From Carcharhinus amblyrhynchos (lineage: Eukaryota): 64,000 bases of DNA. The DNA lies in the NCBI GenBank assembly GCA_965287045.1, contig OZ336892.1, positions 6,696,001-6,760,000 of the forward strand. The letters run 5' to 3'. Within the stretch, counting starts at the first letter, position 1; every line of letters starts with the position of its first letter. Below are positions 48,751 to 62,210 of this stretch, in pieces. Position numbers and translations under genes: made by a program. The notes under the pieces were generated by a model. It was not told where the DNA came from. It saw only the letters and a list, made by a program, of their open reading frames with translations, and searched no databases.

Positions 48751-49889
48751 CTGACTTGTGCTTGAGTTGGAAGCAGATCCATTCACAGCAGCAAGAAAAA
48801 GGACGCAAGTTTATCAATTCTGACTAGGCATTATGGGCTAGTCAGGTAGCAAGTTTGTCACACCCTTCTGGAGCACTGCATGTCAAGAAAGCAGCCTGCA
48901 GACAGTGGTCTTATCTTCCACCCCAAACTGGAAAACTGAAAGGCTTACATCACCCAAATTTAAGTTTCTTACCCATACTATGGGGGCATACTTCCTTGGG
49001 CACTAATTTAGCAGGTCATAATTCATACCAAAATCTAAGTTTGAAGACTTAGAAGCCAGATTCCCAGCTTTGAAGTAGACAAATCATGTCCTGCTGCAAT
49101 CACTGCATCAAGACAGTTGGCACTATAAAAATAAATAGTCATTCCACTTGTCATGTTCAACCACAAGCTCTTCCAACAGAAAACAAATTCCTCCAAATGA
49201 ATGCAGGGTGGATAAGCAAAAGGCAGAGACTGAGGTTCCTCAACTGAATTACTTCTAGTGTAATACTTTTGATTAGAGGCAGCAAATTCACACTAAAAAT
49301 CAATACAAGTGGTTACATTGAACCAGTTGAGCTCAAGCTGCCCATTAGTGACAACTGTAGATCAAGAATGGTGGAACTGTTGATGTCTGAAATGCACCTA
49401 TAGTACACAGGCATGCCTGCCAATGATGCACTTCTAGCTGTTAAAATCAATGCATGGCTAAGCTTCAAAATGGTGTCCAATAAATACCAGCTCTGTTTGA
49501 TGAGAAAATTAGGCCAGCATTTTACAACTCTACTCCAAGTATTCACTTGAATTTTTGGGCATGTACATTAATTACTAGTTCAACTTGTGCAAAGTCAGTA
49601 GAAGAGAAGAAATGCACAGGTGAAGTCAGGGGCTCCAAACTATGATAGAGTTCTAATTGGAGTCAAGCTAGACCCATAGAGATTTGACTTAAATTTGTTA
49701 TTGCATCTGGGTATTATTGTCTAGGCCAGCATTTATTGCCTTAAAACTTTTGGAAGGTCACCTGGAGATTAATTGTTAAGTGGGTACTTGGAGTTAACCC
49801 ACCTGGTTAACTCTATGGATACTAAAAAAGCATTACAGTCTTCAAGATAGCTAGGAGCTGGGCTAATAGGAACCTGCTAAATCCATAAG

Positions 49890-52745
49890 TGACTGTTGCC
49901 AGAGGACCATGACACCATGTCTTGAGGCTGGATGCAGTGTCTGAAAATATGACTGATCAGGACAATTTGGGCACAATGTCATGGCACATATTGGACAGAC
50001 TTGTATATGCACTGTGCTGGTGGCTCTGGACTTGCACAGCCTGTGCTCAAGTTGTGCTTCAGCAATGCACCTAACATTGTAAGCTTGACAGCCCTTGTGG
50101 ATGAGGCAGGACTGGGTAGGGTGGTTGTGTGCCTGTTTCCCCAGGTGGTCATGTTTGTCAAGCAACATCATCAAGGCTTGTCATGTTTCTTCTGCCTATG
50201 TGAAGATCTTCCAGCAGAGTTCCCCAAAGGAGCTGCTTCGGTATGTGCTCATCTGGCATACCAGATGCCATGACCTGTGCTGCCATTGTGTGGACTCATG
50301 GTAGACTTGCTGAGAATTTGTGTCTGGTACTTTGTCTTGCCATCTGGTGTAATATTCTGCAAAGACATGTGGAAACAATTGAGCTGTCTTGCATGCCTTT
50401 AATACAGTCCATGTTTCACAGGCATATAGAAGGGAGTAACAGCACTGTAGCACTTCAGTTTTGTTACTGGGCTGATTTACATTCCCATAGTGGAGCAGCC
50501 TACTGAAAGCAGAATTTGCCTTGATATTCTACAGTTAACTTCTGTCAATAGCTACAGCTTGAGGGTGCTGCCAAGTGAACTGGTCCACTGCCTGTAGTTT
50601 CTGCCCTTTGATTGTGATTTGGGTTGTGTACAGTGCACAACTTCAGTCTTTGGTGAATCCAAACTTGTCATAAGCTGTGGAAAAATTTGTCCATACTGAC
50701 TTGCATCTCTGGCTCTGAGCCAGTATACAGGGTGCAGTTATTGACAAAGAGGAAGTCTGAGAAGAGTCTCCATTTTGGCAATAGCTTGAAGTCTCCTCTG
50801 GTTGAAGAGGTTCCCATCCACTCTGCTTGAGGCTGATTCTAGCACTGTCCTGAAGGCATCATTTTCAACATGGCAGTAATCATGGTGAACATTGTGGGTG
50901 CAAGCACAGAACCCTGTTTGATGCCATTGGTGACTGAATGCCTTGTGGGTTCTCTGCCATCCAGTATTCTGGCCATCATGGAACTGGTGAATGAATTGGG
51001 GGGGGGCACAGCAGGCAGGCTGCTGAACTTTGACAATCCTCCACAGGTCTTGGAGTGTCAAAGGCTTTGAGGTTGAAGGTTGTGTAAAGCTTGCAATTAT
51101 GCTCCTGACACTTCTGAAGTTGGCATGCAGCAAAAAGAAAAAAAAAATTAGTCCTGAGGATATTGTGGAAGCCAGCCCACCTCCAGGTGAGTGACCAGAT
51201 TTAGGACTTGAAGGTTTTTGTGATGGAGAGCAGTTAGATTCATTGGTAGTTGTTGCATACTTGACAATTATATACCTCTACAAGAGAATGGAAGCATCTT
51301 TAAGTTTGAGGAATGGATCCTTGCTTTCCAAAAAAAACTGAAACTTGGTGAGCTTTGATACAGGACCAGCAGCTTTGTAGATCTGTGGGTATGGCTTCTA
51401 GCCCTGCAGTTTTCACCACTGGATAGCTGATGGGCAGCTTTTGGAGAGACTTTGGCTTCTGCTAATGGGTCATCCATGGCACAGTTGATAACCTGGGAAA
51501 TGCTGTCTATTGCCTCACTGTTAATGAGGGTTGGTTGAGGGCAGCTTCAGTGTCCAGCCCATCTCTGCAGTAGCTGAGCCCTCTAATGAGTTGTACCATC
51601 TGTACTCAGGAGAACTCCAAGATTGAGGTCTGTTGAATGCTCATAGAACCATTAGACTGTCAGTGTATCTTGTATTTCATCTGCCTTGGTGCTTAGAGTC
51701 CTGCATTTTATGCAGTTTATTCTGCACTGTCCTGTGAGCACTGGTAAAAGCATTTTTCATGGCAGCTGATAGTTTGTTCTGACAGGCCTGATGAAGATGA
51801 TGCTTTTCAAGTAGAGCCTTCTCAATCTCAGTGAACCAGTCATGCTGCTTGTGGGTAGAGGGCCTGAGCATCTTCAGTGCAGTGAATGGACAGCATCCCT
51901 GAAGTATTCCCAGGTTGTTCTCAGCACTGCCTGCAAGGTGTGGGTGCAAGCTTAAGTCTTCAGCCAGTGCTGAAGCTATATTGGGGGTTCTTTAGCTTGG
52001 CTGCATTGATTCTTTTATAACCTGCTTCCTTGTGGACACCTTTTGGGTCTGATGGAGCTCATTTTTGGAGACAATAAGCCTTTGATCTGTCCAGCAGTCA
52101 GCACCACACATGGCCTTGGTCACTGACATCCTGCCTGTCTTCTCCTGACAATGACAGTCAATAAGATGCCAGTGCTTAGCAGGGGTGCATCCAGGTCTGT
52201 TACAGGTAGGCAGATGGAAGATTGCATTGGTGATTAGGTCATGTGCTGCACAGAACTTTAAGAGTAGGCAGTTACTGTTACACTTATCCATGCCATGCCT
52301 CCCAATAACTGCCAGGTTGTAGAGTCACACCCTACTCTTGCACTGAAATTGCCAAGATCAGCTTGTTGGTACTGTTCACTGCTGATAACAGGGTGTCTAG
52401 TTGTCTGAAGAACTCATCTGGGTTGTTTGTCATGGGGCATAGTGCTGATCAGAGTGGTTTGACTTCTGTTCTGTAGTGGAAGCTGTTGTGTTACAAGCCA
52501 GTCATCTGCACCCTTAGGTAGGCTAGCAAGTTTCTAAACAAGGTGACCAATTGTGACTGCTGGAGTTGGATTCACCATGCTCATTACTGCCATGACCACT
52601 CCAGAAAAAGTGTATCCATCTCCAGTTTGTCAATTGACCTACATTGCAACCAAGTAAAACTTGCCTTGCCATGTCAATGTTGTATCTTGCAAGCTCTCAG
52701 GCTGTTCTTCTCTGGTCTGTCTGCTTAGTATTCTCCAAAACACAT
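49890..52745 (-). mobile_element. Decayed near-full-length RTE-clade LINE (APE + RT)
   Basis: Minus-strand peptide remnants in the expected order: KHWHLID, TKAMCGADCWTDQRLI, VTNGIKQGSVLAPTMF, DGNLFNQRRLQA, LLYACETWTV; many frameshifts. Confidence 0.85.
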
Positions 52746-52899
52746 TAGACTAATAGGAGCAAGGCTTTCCTATGAGGTCAGATTTTAGCCTCAGCCAACA
52801 GTGCACTTGTGCAAACATCCTAAGGGAGACAACTTGACCAGAGCATTGACTGGAAGCATCTGACCTCCAAGTGATCACTAACATATCTTTCAGCTAAGC

Positions 52900-53260
52900 T
52901 GACTCATTTCCAGCAAAGGCAGCCACTTGGTCAAATGCTGCCTTAATGTTCAGGAGAGACCAAGTGTGGCATCAAGAAGCCCTAGCAAAATGACATCTAG
53001 CAATGGTGATGGTTATTAGAGGTCAATCATCTCAAACCCAGGACATTGCTGTGGAAACCCCAGGTACATGCAGGTGCAACTATTTTCAGCTGCTTCAATG
53101 ATCAATCCTTCAGGTTCAGTACTACTGAAACAATCCATGTCCATTTGCACCAAAACCTGGTCAACATCCAGGTATGATTGAGTGGCAACTAGCATTCAAG
53201 AAAGTGGCTCAACACAACTTCTGAAAAATTAGCCTAGCCAGCAATACCCACATGACCAAA
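52900..53260 (+). mobile_element. Heavily deleted L2-like LINE fragment
   Basis: gtgtggcatcaag, ttttcagctgcttcaatga, aacctggtcaacatccagg; tail cctagccagcaatacccc. Confidence 0.55.
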
Positions 53261-53989
53261 TCAAACTACATCCCAACCACATTTATGCAGAGAAAATTCA
53301 GATTTGTTCAGTACAGACTAGATCAAGCTCAAGATGCATGACTGTACTCGGTACCTCCAATTGCTTCATGGGTGCTTGGACTACCAATGAACAAGATCAG
53401 TGGCAGCCCAAATAAACCACCAGTAGTCTTGATAATGCTGTCCAAGTTCTAGAAAAATCAAATTCCTTCAAAGCCAAAAATCTGAGGCTCAACTTAATTG
53501 TCAGCTGCAGGGAGTAGAATGCAATCAGCAAAACAAAAACACTGCCTACACCATATACTGCATTCTAGCTTTAACCTGATTTGATCAGAGGGCTTATTCT
53601 CCATGGTTTAGTCAACAGCCCAACATATTTACCTCATGCCTCCCAATCCAGTCAGAAGCCAGGTAGATCAAGTGGAGCATTTGAAGCTGATGCTTGGTAG
53701 TTTTGCACCATTCCAATTTGGTTGGTCTGGGTACTTGGGAAGCAACTTCTCTAATGAGGCTAGGGATAAAACCAGAATCCAAATCTATTTTTAACTTGAC
53801 ATTAACTTGATGTGGAGCATGGATCTTGGTGTTCATTGATTTCCAGTATCAAAAGTCTGGAGTCAAAATAGCAAGTTTAAAAATAGGTCTACAGGAATAA
53901 AAATGCTTGAGGATAATGGTGGAGGTGTTTGAATTGAGGATTTAATTAGTGTGGCCAGGAGAACCAATGGGTGTGGCTTATTTAGCCTC

Positions 53990-54780
53990 AAGTCTCAAAC
54001 TACTAGGTAAAATAAAAATGGATGTGATTGCAGGTAATGTCTCAAGATAGATAGGAAGTAAAGAATTTGCATAAGTGGGTCTTGATTGGCAGGTAGAGAA
54101 CAGCAGGGTACTGTAGGGATCTATGCTAGGACAGCAACTGTTCACATTAATAATTTGGAAGAGGGAACTAAATGTATCATTTGGAAATGGTACAAGGTTG
54201 AGTGGGAGTGCAGAGATGTCTGATTTGGACAGGCTGTGTGGGGGCATATGCAATAAAACGACTACTACTTGAATGGGTGCAAATTGAGGGGGTGGATACT
54301 CAGTGATTGGTGCTCTTGTGCATCAGTTGCTGAAAGCACACACTGGTATAGCAGGCAGTAAAATAGTATGTTGGCCTTCATATAGTCAAATCCTCTAGAA
54401 ATAAGGGCATCTTACTGAAGTTTTCCAGGGTCAGTGAGGCCACACCTGGCAGTTGGTGTCCTTAGAGGATGCATTTTCCTTGGAGTACAGTGAAGGTTTA
54501 CTAGGTGATTCCTGGGACAGCAGGGTCTGCCATGGAGAGATTAAGATTGTATTCACTGGAGTTAAGAGCGAGAGGGGCTCAAACAAAATTTTAATTGGAT
54601 TAAACAGGGTAGATTCAGAAAGAATGTGATAGTTTGAGGATATGGGGGTAAACTTTGAAGAGGGAGAAATTTCTTAATCCAAAGTGGTGAGTGTGGAATT
54701 CAGTACCAAAGAACATTTGAGGCCAAAAGTCAAATCAGATATTGCTCTTGGGACTAAAGGATCAGAAGGGGTGAGAGGGT
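53990..54780 (+). mobile_element. Decayed CR1 fragment
   Basis: gggatctatgctaggacagcaactgttcac, gtatgttggccttcat, gtgaggccacacctgg. Confidence 0.7.
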
Positions 54781-57700
54781 CTACTGAAATAGGTTCATAC
54801 TATTTGATTTGCCATTCTTCCAATTTTAAATATCACTTCAAACAGCCAAACCTTTTGCTTGCTAGTACTGTATCAAATCCCACTAGTGCTTCAAAATTCC
54901 TATCCAAGAGACAAGCTAGCTTTGTTTGCCTTTCAGGTGTCATTTATTACTATCAATGACTAACCAGTTATGCATCTGATACATTAAGATTAGAGATCAA
55001 GATCCAAGTCCACCAATATAGAATTTGGGTTTGGAACTTATTTCATCTTTGAACAGATATCAGTTCTTGTCCCATGCTAAGAGAGAAAGACAATGACTTG
55101 ACAGTCTCAGGTGACAAGGGATCCAAGCTGTTTTTGCTAAAGTGTATTGGAAGATAGGGGGGGCAGTTCAATATAAAACTGATGGTCTATGGACAACAAA
55201 TTAAACTGATGAATATTTGGGTCCACAAAACTGCTTTTGCTCTCTTATACCAAGGTGGTAAAGAGTACTCTCCACATAAAGCCATCTCAAACAATTTGGC
55301 CCATGAAGCCATGCTGGAATTGCTCCACGTTAGAGTATCTGCAGCTAGAACAAACCAGCTCATTAACAGCATCAATGTGTGATCAGGTCAAGGAGAAAAT
55401 TTTGCACAATGTGATAGCTTCTCAAAGCAGTCAAAAGAGCCAGATCTTGAGTATAAAACACCCAGTGGAAATAAGATTAAGGGATATCAATAGCTGTACC
55501 TTGCTTCAGTTGGAGTTTAGACCAGTAAAACAAGTCATTCAAATGTCTGGATTTTAAGTACTGCAATTTAGGAAACAAGCATACCAGTGACTGCTTTTAG
55601 CCAGCTGGTGTCATCAGGGCTAACAATTGCCTTTGTTAGCATAATATCAGTTATTTAAAGCAATAATAAAGCATGTGACATTGACTCCTGTTAATACCAG
55701 CTCCCTACAGATGCTGCCAGAACTGTTGAATATTCCCAGCATTTTTTATTTAAATCAAGCATAGGTGCACACTATTTTACTATCAAAGCTCATGCTTCCT
55801 GCAGGAAGCAAAGCAAGATAGAAACCATTGTATTCCATTTCCTTGGACTCAGTGCACTCCTGGCTAGTCTCCAATTTGTCATTCAAAACTCTATTCCAAA
55901 CCAAGTCCTGTTCATGCACTGTTCAGCAACCCACAATGCCTCAGGATCATTAGGATTTAAACCAGGATGAGAATCTTCAAAGGGCTTCATTCTGTTGAAA
56001 CTTACCATCCTCCAAATATCAGCACCTAGTCATTTTGCTGAATCATCCCATTTTAACTGCTACCATTGATATTGAAACTGCCTTAAACTGAGTTGTGGAA
56101 CCCTAATCTCTACCTTTTGACCATTTGCCCAAGTATTAACTTGAAAATTAATCCACAAGGTAAATTGAGGTACCTTGGAAGGTGACAACCTTGTTTTCAC
56201 TATTGCAGAAATCATGCCAAGGGATTATTTATTATATAAAAGCTGAAGAATGAGGGAAGATACAAGTAGAGAACATGCCCTCAGTTAGCTTTGTAAAATA
56301 TCCCAGACTGCGATAATTAGAAATTTTGCAGCAAACCTTATGGTGTGCATTCACTAATTTCCAAGAACTATTCCAATATTAAAATGTTCAAGTGTTATGT
56401 TTTTTCATACATGAGCAAATAGCAGGGGCTGTGGTAACACTGATGCAGCTGCATCTCCCATTCTGTGCCAAGAGCAAAAATATTTTTAGTATATCCAAAG
56501 TCAATTAAGACTGCTCCCACAGAAAAAAGTTCAAAAGCAGCCAGTGTGCACTGACTTGTACAATGGAATTGAAAGCTAGGAAATTCAAAAATATGCAGGC
56601 AGTAGATTATCAATTATTCTAACTGCATGTGTTTTAAGCTTGTGATGTGCCTTTTGCTGAAGAATGGAAACAGATTCCAATTCTAGAGCCATGGGTTAAT
56701 TTCAGAGAACTAGCTGCCAAGTGAACAGCTATAACTTCAGATAAATAGGACAATACAGCACCAATAAAGAGCTAGTCAGTAAATACTACAACCAATGAGG
56801 AACAAAAACTAAGCACACAGCTGGAAACATTAATACTGCATTTGTACTCAAAATACACAGGAAGGGGAGTCATTTAAAAATCCACTGTTCCTTCTGTGTC
56901 AGACACTTACCGGAAGTGGCTGGGTTTGTCAAGAAGCCAATTTGAATTTAAAATCAGGCTCGTCAATGTTTTTTGTAATGTAATCACAATTCAGTGAATT
57001 GATGAGACAAAATGGGAATCAAAAATAGTTGTGAATGCCACTATTCTGTTTAGATTTCAAAGCTTCTGAAAGATTTAAATCCATTTTATTACCTAGCCTA
57101 AAGTGGGGAAAGCTTTCCCCACAATCTAAAGTGATATCTGGAATCTCAAAGCACATCGCTAAGTATTGTAGCTGAATTAAATATATTGCAGAAAAACTTT
57201 ATGTAATTACAGGAAGCAGAGGCTGAGATTGTCTGCAAACTTCCCCTTCCAGAAGGAGTTTGTCCACAACATAAAGACCACCCATTTCCATCTCTGCACC
57301 ATCATCTTCTTTGGCCTGCCTAGCTCATCTGCTGCTGAAATGCTTGTTCCTTCAGATTTCACTATTCCATTTCACATTGCATAAACTAGGCAGAGTTTGG
57401 GATGACCATGTCCTTGCTCAGATCTGTGTATCACTTTCCCTTCACCCACCCAGACAAGGTCATGGTGATATTCACATGTTAATCCTTTGTTTTAAATCCT
57501 ATATGGCCTCATTCCTTCCAATTTTCTCCAGATACTATTCCCATTTTCCTTTAATTCTAATTTCTTGCACATCTGATTTCCATCCCTCTGTCACTGCAAA
57601 AAAGCTTTCAGCAGCCCTATGTTCTGGAAGTCCCTCCCCAAACTTTTGGGCTTTTTACTCAAAAAGGCACTTCATGAAATGGCTTTGGACATTTTACAGA

Positions 57701-58889
57701 CACTAAAATTATAGCACTAGACCAACACCCAAAAATGGAATTCAAATACATGTTACACTCATTAGGGTGACAGGAAGTTGTAGAGTTGATCTGTGGCAAG
57801 TTGAATTGCTGCACCAATTACCTGCAGATCACTTAAACAGTTCTCCCTCAATCCCAAACAAGTTTAAAATAAGCCAATGGAGCACAGCGAGTCAAATTTC
57901 AGCCAAGGGAGAGCCTGCTGTAAGAAAAAAAGCTGAAAGCAGGAGCTCTGGATTCTTCACAGGAATTGTAGGACTGACCAGATTACTGCAAGAAAACTTC
58001 AGAACTATTAATGCAGCAAAAGACATTTCACAAAAGCTGACCTAAACCAGGAAGTAGTATCACAACACCACATCCCAGAAACCAAGAAAATCTAGACCAA
58101 GAATACAGAATTAATCAAAGTGGAGCAGATGTAGCAAGATTTGAAAAAGACACAATGAAGGCTATCAATGGTACAGTGGAGCAGGAAGAATTGCAGGACA
58201 GTAGTGGACAGGAAGCTGCTGGCTGGAGCACAAGGCTGTAGAAAATAAACATGAGGCCCTCCTCCATAGCCTATTTACAGAGTTAGAAATAGGATCAAAT
58301 TAAGAGTAATAATTAGATCAAGGACAAGTGCCTTGGAAAATCTGGTGAGTTGGCAGGTGGGAGCTGTGGGTACAATAATCAGGTGAGTCAGTCTTTGATG
58401 GACTGACTGAAACTTCAGTGGACGTTATATAAACAGTTGAGAAAAAGACAACATTGCCTCTGTTTAGCTACAAAACATTGCAGCCCATCCAGTGTGATGT
58501 AACTGTTAAACCAGTAACATGTTAACATTCCTCCCATCACCCAGACCAAATACAATTAGTTCAACTGATTACAACCATTTGATACAGTACAAGACATTTG
58601 CCACGTTAACATGGAGCTCAAGTAGGAAAGTATGCTAAGTGTGCTACATTTGGAAGTTGCTCTAATTAGTATCCTACACTGAAAAACATTGGAATCTGGT
58701 TAATTTTGGTTGTAACAATCTTGCATCTAAAACCATTTTATAAAGGCCAAGCAAAATGGATGCACTGAAACCAGTAAATTACTTCAAAACTATTTGGTCA
58801 GGCATCCAGGGTCACCTGCTAATAGCAATGATTTGCCTCACTGCTTGCATTAATTAGCAATGTTTCTAGATCAGAACATGCAAGCAGGT

Positions 58890-59050
58890 TGGTTACAGTC
58901 AGTTGGCTAGACAACTGGCTAATGATGCAGAGCAATGCCAAAAGCACAGATTCAATTCTTGTACCAGCTGAGGCTGTTCATGAAGGCTGTCTTCTCAGCC
59001 TTGCCTGCAGTGGAGTGATCATCAGGTTAAATCACCAGTCACAGCTTAAA
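58890..59050 (+). mobile_element. Decayed tRNA-headed SINE
   Basis: tcagttggctagac ... gattcaattcttgtaccagctgagg ... tcaggttaaatcacc. Confidence 0.55.
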
Positions 59051-61449
59051 GTCACTACAGTACCAGATGACCATATCAGTGGCCAAAGCATGCCTTGTTT
59101 TGCTGGGCCCTATTCAGAATTAAATCAATGCAGAAGCAAATAATGCTACAAAGATCAAGGATTGGGATGGTGATCAGCTGAAGTTATATACCCAAAAGCC
59201 AAAGGAGTTACTCAAGGCAGCACAGCTGCTTTGCAATCCAACACTGCTAGTGGTCATTGAATGGAATAGACTGGTCATGAAGATTTGTATTCTGCGCTAG
59301 CTGGAGAAATTAAGACATGTTTGTTGTAGGAGACCAAATGAGGAGGAAAACTAAATTAGACAGGCTGATATTTACAAGGATAATGAATGTGCCACCCCCT
59401 CCTGTAAAAATATAATTACTATATTTAGGACTGAACTGGATGCCTATCCTCAGGTAAGAAGTGGTTCATTAGGGGGTCACAAGATGCACTCATTTAAATA
59501 TTCCAAGTGACTGGAGGATAAGAATGTGACTTATTCAAATTTTCTGCAGTTAGGATAAAATACTATACAATACTGCCATGTACTTGCATATTAAATATGA
59601 TATTCACTGCATGCAATCATGTTGATCAATGCTGCACCCAACTATGAATTTACATGATAGGTGAAGTGCATGCATCACCCTACATATTAACAGCCATATA
59701 TGTTTTACATCCCCCCACCCCTCCAAACAGTATAAATTGGAATAACTTCTCTGCACTTTGGACCTAGAGGAAAGTTGCACAAGTCCAGAGTTAATAAACC
59801 AGCATAGTTTTTGGACTAACATTTGCAAAATTGATTAGCACTGCTTAATTTACTAAATTGTGACAATGTTATGCAAACAGGGAGCCCAAACAATGAGTAC
59901 AAAGTTTAGTAAAAACATGATCTGAGAAACAGGTCAACTGGAATTTGTTGACAAGGTTGAATCTAGTTAAAATAGCCAAGTACCAACGTGACTACAACCT
60001 TGATTGATGCCATCAAGTTAGAAATTAAAGCATTTAGCTACTGATGTCAACTGTATCCTTAAATGCTGTCAAGCAACATCTAGTTAGCACCTCCAGGGCA
60101 AAGGCAGATTTAACATTTGAATGCATCTTTTAGAGTTTAAAGTGTTTTTATTGCAGAGTTGTGATGTCTTCTGCCTCCATTCCACCTCCCTCCCAAAAAC
60201 ACTGGAAGAGAATTAAGCAGGTAGCAAAAAAATAGTGGCATCTCTTGACAAGTTAAAACACAGGTAAAAGGAATTTCAAAAATCATTTGCAGCAATGATA
60301 TCATGCCATTGCAAAAATGGTTTTTCACCACATTCCAGACACTAGTCCAAGTAATACTTCATTAGATTTTAAGCTGCAGGAACTCTACATTCAAATAACC
60401 ATTTTTTTAAAATTAACCCACATCAAGCTTTTAATTCAAAAGCAAACTACAGGTTAGTGTCAGGTAATGACTAATCCACATCTGTTGGTTATTGGGAACC
60501 AGTCATAGACACATCCAACCAAATTTGAAAAGATACAAAACATCAGGATGTTATTAATGTAACTACATGAAACAATGCAAATCTGGCAAAGAATCAAGGG
60601 TGTATAATAGAAATTTGCACTTTAACATTGTAACAGCACCTGTCCATAGATACACTACATTCATTAAAGTGATTCAACTTGAAACTAAATTCTTCCTCTG
60701 AAAGCTCAGCTGAAGGCAAGACCCTTTGGTAACAACTGCAATATTTCACTCTAGAATTAAATCAGACATTTAAAAACAATTTCATTAAGTCATCACAAGG
60801 ATGTCATGTTAGGCCACAAATGCTAAGCAAGCAATTTACAGTAAGGGGATCAAGAGGTGGATTTCAGATTAAAATATGCAGGTGATTTGGGTTCATGGAG
60901 AAAGTTTCAATATAAAACCCATTACTCCTTCTGTTAAGCTTGAGAAATATTTCGAGTGGGTGGGAACTAAATGGGCTCCAGCACTTGGCAAAAACCTTCC
61001 CCACCCTCTGAAAACACCCATCCTGTGGCAGCCTCAGTACTTCCTGGGCCACCAGGAAGGGAAGGTAAAAGACCAGGGGTGGGGTAGGGAAAGAAAAAAA
61101 AACAAAATTAAAATCCAGTGGATGGGCATTTCCTCATACGGGTGACGTTGTGGAAACTGTGTCAGGGTGTAATTCAAGGTTGAACCTTCCCCTAGAAGCA
61201 AAAAAAAATTCAAAGAGATTGGGGGGGGGGGGGGCGCACAAGGAGGGAGAGAGAGAAAGCAGCCAAATGTGGTTTATAAAATTTAGAGGGAGGATGATGA
61301 TTGTAGGAAAGTTTTCAATGGGTGGGTGGAGATGACATTTGTCCAGGGCTGAGGCTTGGGAGCCCTGAGAAGAGGGGAGTGAAACTAAGGTCGGGCTTTG
61401 GAGCCCTGAGGGAGGGAGGGAGGGTGGGTTAAGTGATTATTTTTATTAC

Positions 61450-61491
61450 CTGTAGATGCTCCTGGAAGCGGATGGGCAGAATCTGAGCCAT
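61450..61491 (-). CDS. CLTC: CLTC exon 1 coding part (MAQILPIRFQEHLQ), 42 nt
   Basis: gacATGG Kozak context; donor CAG|GTAATA. Confidence 0.96.
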
Positions 61492-62210
61492 GTCGACGAC
61501 GACGTGAAGGAAAGGAGAGGGGGAAGAAAAAAAAAAGACACCTCGGTCTGGCGGCTTCGTCAAGTCAAATCTCCGGCAGGGAAATGGGGTGGATCTGTGC
61601 GAGTGAGAGAGAAAAATATTATTAAGACCGAATTTTACCTCAGGAGACAGGCGGCCGCTCAATGACAGGGTGAGGGAGGGAGGAAGGGCTGATCGGACTC
61701 GGGTCTCACCTGTATGCTTAGGCTGAGTGACTCTCACTCTCCCTCACACAGCCCGGCCTGCTCCCTCTGCCTCAGCCTCTTCCTTTTATAAACGGTCCGA
61801 GGGGCCGAGCCGCAGCGGAGCCGCAATGGCGGAAAACCGGAAACAGCGGAGCGCTACAGCCCCCGCCCGCCCCGCCGGTCGCCCGCCCTCCCCCCTCCCC
61901 TCTCGGCCGCGGCCAACAGCAAGCAGAGGGAGTGCTCCGGCTCCTTACACCACCAAACCCCTCCCCCTCCCCTCCCCTCACACTTCCCGCCGCCGCCTTT
62001 TTATTATTCCATTCCTCCCTAAAACACCATTACATTCGGTTCAGCCTCCTCTCGACCGGGTTTCATTCACTCGATTCGTGCTTTTTGTCCGGGTAAAGGC
62101 CGGACTATTTTCTTTTGGCGGAGGGCTGATAATCTGCCACATCATTGGCACATGACGTGACGCCACTTCCGCCCCGCCTTCCGGGTTTGCACTCCTCACT
62201 TCCGGCTCCT
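61490..62210. promoter_or_regulatory. CpG island promoter and 5' UTR of CLTC
   Basis: Only CpG/GC-rich block in the window. TATAAAAG on minus at 61783-61790; YY1-like AATGGCGG 61825-61832; ETS CCGGAA 61837-61842; GC boxes; ATTGG 62144-62148; TGACGTGA 62153-62160; CTTCCG ETS cores at 62165-62205. Confidence 0.85.

Noticed and set aside
60700-60800. Possible C/D snoRNA on minus (GTGATGA at 60796-60790, CTGA at 60765 and 60709)
   Set aside because: No terminal stem or recognisable rRNA guide; boxes are expected by chance. An Infernal/snoscan hit would reopen it
61727-62155. 142-aa plus-strand Pro/Ala/Arg-rich ORF
   Set aside because: No ATG start and low complexity; an expected by-product of a GC-rich CpG island
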